Below, in pieces: positions 23,958 to 37,724 of a stretch of DNA of 64,000 bases. The DNA comes from Felis catus. Lineage: Eukaryota. The stretch spans positions 61,506,001 through 61,570,000 of the forward strand of contig NC_058368.1 in assembly GCF_018350175.1 (NCBI RefSeq), written 5' to 3'. The notes below the pieces were generated by a model, which was not told where the DNA came from, made no database searches, and saw only the letters and a list, made by a program, of their open reading frames with translations. The position numbers and the translations under genes are program-made. Position 1 is the stretch's first letter; every line of letters begins with the position of its first letter.

Positions 23958-25252
23958 AACCACTTTTGAGATAAGTAAGCCAAACACTACAAACTCACTC
24001 AATAATAAAGTTATAGAATTTTATAAGAAAATATAATTACTTTGTACCTTCTACTTTCTTAGAGCATGATTATTATTTTGGATTTTAGAGCTTTTATGGT
24101 CAATTTACATATTTAAATATTTACTTGGCTTTGATTTACTTAGAGAAAATTCAAATTAATCCAACATGTTATCCAAAGTCATCAGAATCTTTCAGATCAT
24201 GTAAATAAATCATGAATGTGAAGGAGTCTTTACATATTAAGTTATGTATGATAAAAGTGTTATCAGAAATATATATTATGAACAGATTTTTAAGATAAAT
24301 ATTTCAAATTCAGTTTGACTCTAAAAGTTTATATGACTCGCATGTTGTTTGTCAAATATAAAATAATATGAAACAATTATCATGATAGGGAGGTAAGTCT
24401 GAACTGAAATTCCCAAAGCAATAATTATATACATAAATATTAGCGCTTTTTTAAAAAATTGGAATAATCTGTGGAATATATACAGCTAATGATATGCTAC
24501 TAAATGCCACTTAATTTATTTGCAACAGTCATATGAAACATTAAATTAGAGCATTACAAATGAAGGTAAGGGCAGAGCAGCTGCCAAAACAAGATGCCTT
24601 CCATTTTCTAATAAGTTTTAAAAATTCTAGATATTAAAAACAACGTACAAGTAAGCTAGATGATAAATAAACAAGCGATGCAGAGAGGAAATTGTAAAAA
24701 TAGACAAAATACTTAAAACTTACCATGGCTTAAATTTATCAATAATCAGTGAAAAAATATCAAAAGTTAGCAAATTAGAAAAGCATTATTTGCATTATTT
24801 ATGTATTTTATTTACAAATAAAATATCATCTATAGTACTTTAAAGTATAAATAAAAATATATTTTAGAAAATTATCATATTGCAGTAATAGTTCCATGTC
24901 AGATATTTTGTAATTTTTTATAGTTTTCAGTAATATAAATATTGCATCATTCAAAGAAAATAATAGATAACACATATTAAATGATAAAATTACACAGAGG
25001 TATTTACATAAATGTATTAAATATTAAGAGTAATCCAGTAAATCTAATTAATTAATTGGCATTTGTATTACTTTAAATTTTGGGAAATGTCTCCACTTGC
25101 CACTAAAATTCACTTATGATAAATGTTCTCTGTGAATAGCATCCGTTTAGTTCTCAGACTATTTATGTAATTACTCAATGGCTCTGAGGAATATATTTCT
25201 GTGACTTTTGTATTTACCTTTTATTTTTAAAGTTTTTGTAGCTTAGAAGTAA

Positions 25253-25386
25253 GCTCTGTGCTGACAGCTCTAAGCCTGGAGCCTGCTTCAGATTCTGTGT
25301 CTCTCTCTCTCTCACTGCTCTCCCAACCACCCCGCTCACACTCTGTCTCTCTCTCAAAAATACATAAACATTAAAAAAAATTTTAA
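25253..25386 (+). mobile_element. 5'-truncated CAN-SINE
   Basis: Begins at GCTCTGTGCTGACAGC; TSD AGAAGTAA at 25245-25252 and 25387-25394. Confidence 0.93.
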
Positions 25387-27141
25387 AGAAGTAACAATTT
25401 ATGAGAATAAAGACATTTATATATATATTTTTTGATTTTTAGAGGAATTTTGTTGTTGCTGTGCTACAGCCATAAAGTCAACATTTTTTCCCCAATAAAC
25501 ATTTCCTTGTTATTGCTTATGTTTAAGTTGTCATGAAAATGAAGGTCTCTGTACATTTTTCTAATGAGTTTGAATAAACAAGCACACATTTTGCTTGGAT
25601 TCATTTTTTTTTATTTAAAATTGAATTAAGGTGTTGATTGAATGTATAAGCTAATGATTATACATGGATTTCTTTCTATAATCACTGAATAATTTCTGAA
25701 TCTCTTCCATCAAAAAGAATGAAAGGGGTGTACTTTATTTTGCTTATTTGCCAATTATATACAAGTCTGTTCTGCAAAACCTCCATGCCTCACCTTAGAA
25801 GTCATAATTTACAATTGATAAATACATATTTTGAGTCACTAATCTATATTAAGAAGGTTAGCTAAATATTGTAAGGAAATAAAACAACAGACATAGAAGT
25901 ACACTCTAAGATTTTCTATTTCTTTTATATGGAATCAAAGCAGAGTTAAAACATTTAAAATTATGTTTTAGCCAATTTTCTAGATATTAAACAAAAAATA
26001 ACAGATTTGGTAAATGAAGGAAAATGATGTGATTACTCTCTCTTCAGTATTTTACTCAGGCAAATTGGAGTAGAAAGCAAAAGAATCTTTAGCTAAATGT
26101 GATCAATAAAGATAATAAAACTATGTAATTACAGCACATCATCTAACATGCCCCAGATGATGGGGATGTTCACTTTTCTGTTGATTTGTCTAAATTATAG
26201 CTTCAACTCTTCCAATTTAACTTGCCTCCTCAAAAAGTCTAAGTGTACCCTACAATGTATTTATCTACCACAGATTGACGTATTTAAAGAAATCACTCCT
26301 CCATAGTTAAAAACTGGAATTTGACACACACGAAAATGTTTAAGTATTGCATTTCTAACCTTAAATGGTATTAGAGACATGTTCTTACCACCAACCATCT
26401 GCATAATCTCAATTAAAAATATTCATTAGAATACTTTTACCTTAACTGTTACAATTCACATCTCATGCTGAATATTAAGCATAGTTGAATCATTTCAGAG
26501 AGAATATGGAAATTCATATCAAGAGCTTTATACTCAGATTTTTAAATCCAGTAATCATGTTTGCCATTAAGAGGAACTATCTCAAAAGAATTGAAGTATG
26601 ATTATTTTAAAGGCATTGTAAAACTGCTGGTAGTGGAGAAAAATATAATAAACTTATTGCTCTAAGTGTTACAGTATAATTTGGGGGTATGATATGGTAG
26701 TTGCAGTAAGAGCAGAAAATAAGAATTCTACATAGGTTACTGAAGAGAGGAAATCAAGATGAAAGTAATTCTGTTTCAGTTGTTTTGTTTCATGTTGATA
26801 ATAAACTATATAGATGTTTATAGCACCCAACTATGTGAACTATTTAAACATACTAAGTATGTATTTATTTGCTGTGAAGTGAATATATTAATAATAACTA
26901 AAATGTACTTCAGTGACAATTTATTTTTAATTTCACATGCAGTAGCATAATATAAAATACTGAGCATTTAAGAGAAAGGTTTTCTTCTGGACATTTCCAT
27001 TTTTTAAAACAGACTGATGCAAGATTTATTTCATTTTGGCAACCAGTTACTTATAACACTTTGGAGGGAAAAGAGCATGCTAGAATTAATATCTATTTTT
27101 TTACAGAAATATCTACTTTATACCAATCATATACCAAACAG

Positions 27142-28853
27142 TTTTTTTGTTCCAATTTTTGTTTTAATTTATTGTTAAATTGGCTAACATACATTATATA
27201 CAGTGTGCTCTTGGTTTGGAGGTAGATTCCTGTGGTTCATCACTTACATACAACACCCAGTGCTCATTCCAACAAGTGCCCTCCTCAATGCCCATCACCC
27301 ATTTTCGCCTCTCCCCTATGTCCCCATCAACCCTCAGTTTGTTCTCTGTATTTAAGAGACTCTTATGGTTTGCCTCCCTCCCTCTCTGTCTGTGACTATT
27401 TTTCCCCTTCCCTTCCCCCATGGTCTTCAGTTAAGTTTCTCAAGTTCCACATATGATGAAAGCATATAATATCTGTCTTTCTCTGTCTGACTTATTTCAC
27501 TTTGCATCATACCTACCAGTTCCATCCACATTGCTGCAAATGGCAAGATTTCATTCTTTCTCATGCCAAGTAGTATTCCATTGTGTATATAAACCACATA
27601 TTCTTTATCCATTCATCAGTTGATGGACATTTAACTCTTTCCATAATTTGGCTATTGTAGAAAGTGCTGCTATAAACATTGGGGTACATGTGCCCCTATA
27701 AATCAGCACTCCTGTATCTTTTGGTTAAATTCCTAGTAGTTCTATTGCTGGGCGTGGGGTAGTTCTATTTTTAATTTTTTGCCACAGTGTTTTCCAGAGT
27801 GGCTGCACCAGTTTCCCTTCACCAACAGTACAAGAGGATTCCCATTTCTCCACATCCTCACCAGCATCTGTTGTCTCCTGAGTTGTTAATTTTAGCCATT
27901 CTGACCGGTGTGAGGTGGCATCTCAATGTGGTTTTGATTTGTATTTCCCTGATGATGAGTGATGTTGAGCGTCTTTTCATGTATCTGTTGGCCATCTGGA
28001 TGTCTTCTTTGTAAAAGTGTCTATGCAAGTCTTCTGCCCATTTCTTCACTGGATTATTAGTTTTTCAGGTGTTGAGTGTGGTTAAGTTCTTTATGGGTTT
28101 TGGGTACTAACCCTTTATCCAATATGTCATTTGCAAATATATTTTCCCATCTGTCGGTTGCCTTTTAGTTTTGTTGATTGTTTCCTTTGCAGTGCAGAAG
28201 CTTTTTATCTTGATGAGGTCCCAATAATTCATTTTTGCTTTTAATTCCCTTGCTTTTGGAGATGTGTCAAGCAAGAAATTGCTGCGACTGAGGTCAAAGA
28301 GGTTGTTGCCTGCTTTCTCCTCTAGTGTGTTGATGGTTTCCTGTCTCACATTTAGGTCTTTCATCCTTTTGAGTTTATTTTTGTGTGTGGTATAAGAAAG
28401 TGGTTTAATTTCATTCTTCTGCATGTTGCTGTCCAGTTCTCCCAGCACCATTTGCTAAAGAGACTGTCTTTTTTCCACTGGATACTCTTTCCTGCTTTGA
28501 CAAATATTAGTTGGCCATACATTTGTGGGCCCAATTCTGGGTTCTCCATTCTATTCCGTTGATCTATGTGTCTGCTTTTTTGTTTGTTTGGTTTGTTTGT
28601 TTGTTTGTTTTTGCCAATACTATATTGTCTTGGTGATTACAGCTTTGTAATGCAGCTTTTGAAGTCTGGAATTGTTATGCCTCCAGGTTTGGTTTTCTTT
28701 TCAATATTTTGGCTATTTGGTTCCATACAAATTTTAGGATTGTTTGTTCTAGGTTTGAGAAGAATGCTGGTACAATTTTTAAAAATTTTTCTAATGTTTG
28801 TTTATTTTTGAGAGAGACAGAGAGAGCAGGGAAGGGGAGAGAGAGGGAAAGGA

Positions 28854-28912
<59 letters not shown>

Positions 28913-30194
28913 CCAAAGCAGGCTCTGGGTTCTGAGCTGTCAGCACAAAGCCCAACACGGGGCTCGAACCCACAGACTGTGAGATCATGACCTGAGCTGA
29001 AGTTGGATGCTTAACAGACTGAGCCATCCAGGGCCCATATGGTGCTATTTTTATTGGGATTGTATTGAATGTGTAGATTGCTTTGGGTAGTATTGACATT
29101 TTAACAATATTTATTCTTTCAATACATGAGCATGGAATGTTTTTCCATTCCTTTGTGTCTTCTTCAATTTCCTTCATAAGTTTTCTATAGTTTTCAGCAT
29201 ACAGATCTTTTACATTTTGGTTAGGTTTATTCCTAGGTATTTTATGGCTCTTGATGCAATGGTTCTTGGTGTAAATGGGACCAGTTTCTTGATATCTCTT
29301 TCTGTTGCTTCATTATTGGTGTATAGAAATGCAACTGATTTCTGTACATTGATTTTGTACCCTGCTACTTTGCTGAATTCATGTATCAGTTCTAGTAGCC
29401 TTTTGGTGGAGTCTTTCAAGTTTTCCATGTAGAGTATCATATCATCTGCAAAATGTGAAAGTTTAACTTCTTTGCCAATTTTGATGCCTTTTATTTCATT
29501 TTGTTGTCTGATTACTGATGCTAGGACTTCCAACATGATGTTAAACAACAGTGGTGAGAGTGGACATCCATGTCGTGTTCCTGGTCTCACGGGGAAAGTT
29601 CTGTTTTTCCCCATTGAGGATGATATTAACTGTGGGCTTTTTATATATAACTTTTATGATGTTTAGGTACGTTCCTTCTATCCTGACTTTCTTGAGGGTT
29701 TTTATTAAGAAAGGATGCTGAATTTTGTCAAATGCTTTATCTGCATCTATTGGCAGGATCATATGGTTCTTATCCTTTCTTTTATTAATGTGATGTATCA
29801 CATTGACTGATTTACGAATATTGAAACAACCCTGCAGCCCAGGATTGAATACCACTTGATCATGGTGAATAATTCTTTCTATACGCTGTTGAATTCGATT
29901 TGCGAGTATCTTGTTGAGAATTTCTGCATCCATATTCATCAGGAATATTGGCCTGAAATTCTCCTTTTTTACTGGGGTCTCTGTCTGGTTTGGAAGTCAA
30001 GGTAATGCTGGCTTCACAGAATGAGTCTGAAAGCTTTCTTTCCATTTCAATTTTTTTGAACAGCTTGAGAAGGGTAGGTATTAACTCTGCTTTAAATGTG
30101 TGGTAGAATTCCCCTGAGAAGTCATCTGGCCCAGGACTCTTATTTGTTGGGAGATATTTGATAACATATTCAATTTCTTCACTAGTTATGGGTC
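27142..30194 (-). mobile_element. 5'-truncated felid/carnivore LINE-1 (ORF2 RT to 3'UTR), frameshifted
   Basis: ORF-track fragments [15 protein letters not shown]...[37 protein letters not shown] and KWCWENW; poly-T at 27142. Confidence 0.97.
28781..29036 (-). mobile_element. CAN-SINE nested in L1 ORF2
   Basis: SINE body with (GA)n; imperfect TSD TGGTACAATTTTT / TGGTGCTATTTTT. Confidence 0.97.
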
Positions 30195-31122
30195 AATATC
30201 AAATTTTTAAAACTCAATAGCAAAGACAAACTAACAAACAATAAACAAAAACCTAAATATCCTGATTAAGATGGTCTAAGGACTTGAATGTACATTTCTT
30301 CAAAATGTCTTTGAACTTTCTTCTAAAGACATACAAATAACCAACAGGTATATGTAAAAAGGCCCAATGTCACTAATCATCAGAGAAATGCAAATCAAAA
30401 CCACAATCAGCTATCACTTCACATCTGTCAGGATGGCTATTATAAAAAAAAAAAAAAGAAGGGGTTTGGTGAGGGTGTGGCGGAATTGGAACTCGTGCTA
30501 TGGAAAATAGTATGGAGGTCCTTCAAAAAATTAGAAGTGTAACTACCATATGATCTAGAAATTCCACTGTAAAGTGTTTATTCAAAAAAATTGAAAGTAG
30601 GATCTTGAAGAGATATGAGCACTCCCAATGTTCATTGCAGCACTATTTACAATAGCCAAGATGTAGCAACTACTTAAGTGGTCATTGACAGATGAGTGGA
30701 TAAAGAAAATATGGTATACACATACAATGTAATACAATTCATAATCAAAAAGAAAAAGAGGAAATTCTACAATATGCAACAACATGGATAAATCTTGAAG
30801 ATGTTAAACTAAGTGAAATATGCCAGTCACAAAAAGGCAAATACTGCATAATTCCCCTTGTGTGAGGAATCTAAATAATCAAATTTATTGAATGAAAGAG
30901 TGGAATGGTGGTTTCCAGGGATCGGGAAAGGGGAAATGGGGAGTTACTAATCAATGGGCATATAGCCTCAGTTAAAATTGATGAATAAGCTGTACAGATC
31001 TTCTATATGACATTGTACCCGTGGTCAGCAATAATGTATTCTGCCTCAACAAATTGTTAAGAACTCATGTTAAGTGTTCTTACCACAATCCAATAAAATA
31101 TTAAAAATAAAATAATTAAAAA
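30195..31122 (+). mobile_element. Older LINE-1 3' end (L1MA8-10-like)
   Basis: ACTAATCATCAGAGAAATGCAAATCAAAACCACAAT; 3'UTR GGGGAGTTACTAATCAATGGGCAT...CTCATGTTAAGTGTTCTTACCACAAT and A-rich tail. Confidence 0.9.
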
Positions 31123-31754
31123 TCAAGTTTTAGATTGCATTACCTAAATAAGAACTAACTGTAAACATTCCTTGTCACTTATATGCTGACAAAAGGATGG
31201 GCTTTCTCTAAGAAAGCTTACATGAGTTTAAATGTTGTATTCCTTTTAACATCTTAGTCAATTAATTTATGGTGAGTCTTTGACCTATTCCAATATTGCA
31301 GGCTTTGTTTTAAAACACAAATATTTCCAAACCCATATATCATACCCATATATCATTTACTGAATTCCCTCAGGTTTTTAATGGCTAGAGAGAAGCCAGC
31401 CTTTTTTTTTCAATTTCTCTCCTCAGTCTTTATCAAAATATAATATGTTTTATATTTACTTCTGTAGGTGAAAAACTCAATATGAGCAGATTCTCCTTGA
31501 CATATGAACCAGGGATCTAGAAAAAGAAAGCATAACAAAAGATTTATTTTTCTGATTATGGTACTAATCACTTATTCTTCCTTGAGAAGAAACTTTTTAG
31601 AGTGAAAGTGGGGAAAGAGATGTATTACTTTATAGAATGCTTGCATTTTTCTTTAAGCTTTCCTTGTTTTCTATTTTTTCTTTCTTTTTTTAACATTTCC
31701 TTCTATGTTATCTGGTATATACTTTTTTCAAATTTCGTGTGATAAAAATACGTT

Positions 31755-31755
<1 letters not shown>

Positions 31756-31781
<26 letters not shown>
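31756..31781. repeat. (CA)n microsatellite
   Basis: Seen directly. Confidence 0.95.
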
Positions 31782-31787
<6 letters not shown>

Positions 31788-32343
31788 TGCAATATTCACA
31801 CACTGAATTCATAACCTGAAATGTCTTTGTAGCCCTTTTGACCCAGATTCTTATTCTTCAAAAACACCTAGCCTTAATTAGTTTATCTGTTTCTGTTGCT
31901 GCTATTTGCTTTTGGGAATTCAGGAACCATTCTTCTGGAAATTCAGGAACTACTTTTGTTTCCTTTTTAATTTTTACCTCCACAATATTAAGGGTATCTC
32001 TTTAGTCACAGACAAATTGCACCAGACAGTTGTGAAAAAACTCAAGGTAGACTTTATCTCATATTTGGAGTCTAAAAAAATAAGTCTGGTCTGAATAACT
32101 AAAATAGAATTTAAGCATCTCTCTTCCCAGGTTCCCTACATGTTTTAACCTGTTTGGATTACACATAGACTCATCATTAGCAATTTACAGGGGACATATT
32201 TCCCTGTTCAAAACTAAGTCACTGTTACAAAAACACATTCTTTTCTTTTATTTAAAATATAATTTGCTAATGGTTCAAAGTTTGATTTTCTTTATTTTTA
32301 ATATTTGTTTCAAATATTCCCAGACACTTTCTCTTCACTTTTT

Positions 32344-32537
32344 TTTTATTTTGAGAGGGACAGAGACAGTGTGAGTGGGGGAGGGGCAGAGAGAGAGAGA
32401 CAGGGAGAGAATCCCAAGCAGACTCTGGAATGGAAGCGCAGAGCCCGACTCAGGGCTCAAACCCATGAAACCATGAGATCACGACCTGAGCCAAAACCAA
32501 GTCAGCAGCTTAGCCTACTGAGCCACCCAGGCACTCC
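32344..32537 (-). mobile_element. CAN-SINE
   Basis: Perfect TSD TCTCTTCACTTTTT at 32330-32343 and 32538-32551. Confidence 0.97.
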
Positions 32538-34049
32538 TCTCTTCACTTTTTGATGCTCATTAAAAATTGAGTTTGGGCCATCTATGTTAATTCTTATTTT
32601 GCCAGAGCTTGTAATGTCTCCCATGTTTTTATCTATCTTTAAAATTTTGCTCTGTTTCCTGGTAAGAAGGAAATAGAGGTAAGAAATGTGTGATTTATGA
32701 ACATTGCTCTGCGGAGATTTCAAGAAGATCTTGTCCCATTATTCAAAAAATGTTAGGATCTGTGAAAATTTAAAAAGAAGAGAAACTTACTCTATATTTG
32801 TTTTTGTGTATTTTCTAGTTCATGAATGTTGTTCTATGGAAGTATGAATTTCCGTAAGCAGTACAGTGAAGGTCAGATTAGAAGAAACATGGCCAAGATT
32901 AAAACTATTTTATTATAGTTTATTTTAAAATTATGCATGGTTTTATTTTAATGAGAATATATATCAAGTGTGTCAATGTCAACTTGAGTACGCTTAAATT
33001 AACTCTCAATTGGTTTAAAAAGTTCAAATATTCTTTATCTTAATACTCTATCTTCTACATAATCTGAATATTTCATGAAGGCTTGCAATTATTTTCAATA
33101 CTTATTGCAAATATGGTTATTCTAAACAATGTTCAAAGGATGAAAAAAGACTTGGAAATGTACATGTTATTCATCCTATAGTAATACCTAATTTATATAC
33201 ATCAGCACAAGTACAGTTAATAAAAACTAGCCCCCATTTGTTTTGATAACATGGAGAATATTTTTCTATCTTGGCTGTTCAGTTAGTTCAAGAGTTGAAA
33301 TTTTGAAGGTTATAACCTCCTGATAAATGGTAAATGGTTATATTAAATTCTGTATTTTGAAAAGAACTGGAAACCAGAAAGGCAAATGATGTTGTTTTTT
33401 TTTTTTTTTACTATTTCTACCCTCTAATAATATATTCATCAAAAGTAAGTCTTTTATCACTGTTTAGAAAAAAAAATCATTTATCTTCTACCATACACTT
33501 TTATTACATTTATGAGTAGTAAAATTTCAGTTGTAAATTGTATGCATTGTCAGTCCAATACCTTTTTTCCCCTGGAAACGTAACTTTGAAACTGAAAAGT
33601 ATGAATTGCCAAAAAATAGACATAGTAATAAAGTACAAAATTTAAATTGCTTTCTTGAAAACTGTACAACTTCTTTTAAGCTATTTTGATTTATGATTCA
33701 GAAATTTAGAAGCAATGGATAGTAGTATTTCATGCACAATAATGGAACTTATACTTCAACATGTCATATTTTTTTACAATCTCTAAAATCTGGATGCATT
33801 TTTCTTTCAAAGATGCATATTAAGAGGATTCCAAAAGAGTTGGACAGTAATTAAATTATTTTATGGATAGCCCTAGATATTATGAATAAATATGTATATA
33901 ATAAGGCAAATACACTTATATTATATGCTTCACAGACAGAAGTATCATATACAGATTAAATTCTGACACTTCCAAGGGTTGAATGGGGAAAACAGGGGCA
34001 ATGACATATAATTTATACCTTTGTAAGTAGATATAATGCCTAGCAATTC

Positions 34050-34900
34050 AAAAACAATTAGTAAAATTGAAGTTGTATATATCTTGTGTCCCAGAAATTC
34101 TGCTTGGGACATAAAGTAGAGAGTTATCCCACATATGCTCTTATAGAGACATGTTCAAGAATGTTCACTGTAGCATCATTTGTAATAGAATCTTCTATGC
34201 CCTGAATATTTGAGAAATAACAGCTTTCTTAGACATAACCAAAACTATAAGAATAATTGCTAACATACCTACTCTGTAAAAAAATAAAAGAAGTGCCTTC
34301 TGGCAGAAATACTGTATCACAGGTAGACATAAAAAATGAAATGAATAGAAACAAAAAGATGGTACATTGAAATTTATTATTTTTTTCTGACTAGCAACAA
34401 AAATACTAGACAAAATACAGCACTGTGTTATGTGTTTATGTCACATTTAAAAGAGTTTTACAATAAGAGCACAAAGGATAGGAGGAAAGAATTGGGAATA
34501 TAAAGTTGTAATATTATTACACTACCTGTGAAGTAGTGTAATATTATGTGAATGTAGACTGATTAATTTAAAATATTTATGGTAAACCCTAGGGCACCAT
34601 GAAAAAATTAACAATAAGATGTATGTAAAATACGTTAATGTAGACTGATTAATTTAAAATATTTATGGTAAACCCTAGGGCACCATGAAAAAATTAACAA
34701 TAAGATGTATGTAAAATAAGTTAATAGAAGAAGCAAGGTAGAATCCGAAGAAAATGGTCAGTTATCAAAACAGAAGGCAGGAAAGAGGGGGAAAAGAGAT
34801 AACATGTACATATAGAAAAGAGCTGGAAAGATAATATCAATACATTAAATGTGAATGGTCTAAGGATTCCTGTTATGGGACAGAAATTGTCATACTTGGT
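34050..34900 (+). mobile_element. Old L1M fragments (ORF2 end; inter-ORF region and ORF2 start)
   Basis: GTTCAAGAATGTTCACTGTAGCATCATTTGTAATAG; GTAAACCCTAGGGCACCA; ACATTAAATGTGAATGGTCTAA (TLNVNGL). Confidence 0.65.
34551..34722. repeat. 86-bp direct tandem duplication (two copies, one mismatch)
   Basis: 34551-34636 versus 34637-34722. Confidence 0.97.
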
Positions 34901-35199
34901 AACAGGAGACAATTATAGGTTAAGTTAGAATTTAGCTGCTGAATTATAAAATAAAAATGTATGCAACCTCAGTGCATATTATTATATAAATTTATTATAT
35001 AAATAAGACAAAGTAATACATACATTTAAGACTAATTTTTTTGCAAGCTTCAAATTAGATTGTAGACCAACTGAATGGTTTTGGTATTAACATATGTGTT
35101 TGCTCAATATTACTTTTCTTAGGTTGTGAAAAGTTAACGTGTAAAATAAAATGTAATATGATTTACCAAGGTATTTAACCCTGTGTTTTAAAACTTCAA

Positions 35200-35395
35200 A
35201 TATATATAAATACACATGTGTGTATACAGACATGCCAATATATGTATATATACATATATGTATATGTGTATACATATATGTACACATACACGTGTGTATA
35301 TATGTATGTATGCATACATGTGTATACATACAAGTGTGTATACATACATATGTATGTATACATATATGTGTATGTTTATATATATACATATATCG
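35200..35395. repeat. Compound (TATG/TACA/TG)n tract
   Basis: Seen directly. Confidence 0.95.
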
Positions 35396-35779
35396 GCATG
35401 TCTGTATTCATACAGGAAGCATCAAGGGTATTTGGCTAAACACAAAGAATCTAAAAAATAAGCATATAGTTAAATGTGCTGTCTGGGAAAAGTCACATGA
35501 ATTCAATAAAGCAATTTGTGGCTTAAATGTATTTTATGCAATTTTTATATAACTTTGTATTTTACAAAATTCAAACCATTCTGTACCAAATTACAATAGC
35601 AATTGTGTATAGGGAACAAAATTTAAATGTATAGGGGTAAAGTACTTAATTCCATGGAAGTAAAAATATGTAAAAAGTAGGGGAATTGCTCTAATACAGG
35701 GCCTGGAGCATGTACTGGTTGCTGGTTTAGATTCTCAAATAAAGGCTCCAATAGCCTCTCCTCAAAATGTGCAAGGCTC

Positions 35780-35986
35780 GGGGACCTGGGTGCCTCAGTT
35801 GGTTAAGCGTCTAACTCTTGATTTCGGCTCAGGTCATGATCTCACTGTTCATGCAATGGAGCCCTAGGTCAGGCTCTGCGCTGACAGCACAGAGTCTGCT
35901 TGAGATTCTCTCTCCCTCCCCCTCACTCTCCCCCTCCCCAAATTGTGCCTCTGTCTTTCAAAATAAAGAAATAAACATTTTTTAAA
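35780..35986 (+). mobile_element. CAN-SINE
   Basis: TSD GCAAGGCTC at 35771-35779 and 35988-35996. Confidence 0.97.
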
Positions 35987-37199
35987 GGCAAGGCTCAATA
36001 TAAGCAGTTGGCATATGTGTACATTTGTATTTCATTTATTATGAGTTCAAATTATTCTCTAAATTTCAGTCCTGGCAATCCCTTCAGAAGCATCCTATTC
36101 GGAAATATTCCCTTATGTTAATGGGCTTTCTGGGTTCACTGACAGAGCATTGTCTGGGAGCTTCCTTAGAACCAACTCATATTGTTTGGGAGTCCATTAA
36201 ATCCTAAAACTATATAGGAACTATTTTCACATAAAAATGCTGACTGTTTTCTAAAGTTAGTACTTCAACACTATTTGTTGGAAAGTCTATTGAAAACTAG
36301 ATAAGCTGTCCCTATGCCAAAACCCCACTGGTTGGTTCATATCATTTATATTGTTTCACTGTAGGAGAAAAGTTGGATTTACTGGTTGGCCATCAAATAA
36401 AAACAGTATTAAAACTAAGAATAGTTCTCTGATGAAAACTCATCAAATATTTATAAACTCTCTAAAGAAGAAAAGAACTTAAAACCTTATCTAACAGAAA
36501 AATAATTGAAGCAATGTACATAATAAAAATAGTACATTTTCTATTAGTGGATATTATACATTATGGTTTTGTAAGTTTCAAAGCTTTCCTTTCTATTCTC
36601 ACCTTCCTTCATAAAGGATATGGTGTTAAAAATTTTTATTGGATCTTGATGGATATATTCTCCCTTTTCTAAATTTATACTAACTATAATTTTGTTACCA
36701 GCCATCCAGAAAAGGATTACAGATTGACCCGGGACAGAGAAAGGAAAACAAACTGTGTCTCTATGGACATGAACCACAGAACAAAATCTGTGGCCTTCTA
36801 AAATGTAAACAGAGAGGTAGAAAGTAGGAGGAACATAGCATGTCCTGAAGACAGTTTGCGTGTTTTAGAAACTTCAAAATTTTAAGGCTACTAACTTGTG
36901 AAGGATTTTCAAAAAGTTATAAGTAAGTCTTTTTTCCTTATTTTCTTTGTGATAACAAATACTATAATCCCTTGCTTGAACTCTTGCAGTTGATACCCAA
37001 ATGCTTTTTATCATTCTTTTCTTGTTCTTCAAATTTTATTTTTGTATAAAAAAAAATAAACAGAACCCACTTAAGACCAAAACCAAATGTCATTCCCTTG
37101 TACCCCTTTGTTTGACACACTGCTCCTGGCCCCCCAGCCCCACACACATGGGAATCTGTATCACAGGTAATAAGGAAGAGCCCCTATGGGTTCAAGTAT

Positions 37200-37670
37200 C
37201 ATTTACCTGAATGAATCTCTGGCATTATCGCCTAAATTCTTCTCCTTGCTCATTTTGGCCCAGCTTCTCTGGCCTTCCTACTATTCCAGACCACACTTCT
37301 GCACCGTGGCCTTTGACATTACTCTCTCCTCTACCAGGAATGCTTTTGGCTATATGCCTATGCCCTCTTATTTCTTTCAAGTCAGTGCTGAAATACTACT
37401 CTCCAGAGAGGTGTTTCCGGTTCTTTTCTAAAATAACATCACCCCTGGCACTCTCTAATCACTTAGACTGTTTTCGTTTTCTTCACAGCTTCTTTTATTA
37501 TCTGATTTCATGTCTATGCATTTATCTAATACCTTATCAAATAGGATATAAACCTTATGAGTGCAGGTATGTTATTCTCTTAGTTCACTGCAGAATCCGT
37601 CACAAATAGAAACGTAACTGCTCTAGTCATTGCTCTGTAATATTTTTTGGAATATATGAATGAATGAATT
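37200..37670 (+). mobile_element. L2 3' end
   Basis: GGCCTTTGACATTACTCTCTCCTCTACCAGGAATGC...GTTCACTGCAGAATCC... ending in (TGAA)n. Confidence 0.8.
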
Positions 37671-37724
37671 AAAAACTACTGAAAATAAAAGCACGCCCCC
37701 TGTCAAGTTTATTATCATTTTCAT

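Noticed and set aside
27142..31122. Single twin-primed (5'-inverted) L1
   Set aside because: The two arms each have their own distinct 3'UTR and tail, so they are separate elements
32265..32658. Minus-strand acceptor followed by an open frame (KQSKILKIDKNMGD...)
   Set aside because: Interrupted by an old SINE, unrecognised peptide, no donor
22220..34722. Direct repeats considered as CRISPR-like or programmed arrays
   Set aside because: Only 2-3 adjacent copies each, no unique spacers, eukaryotic context; better explained as local duplications
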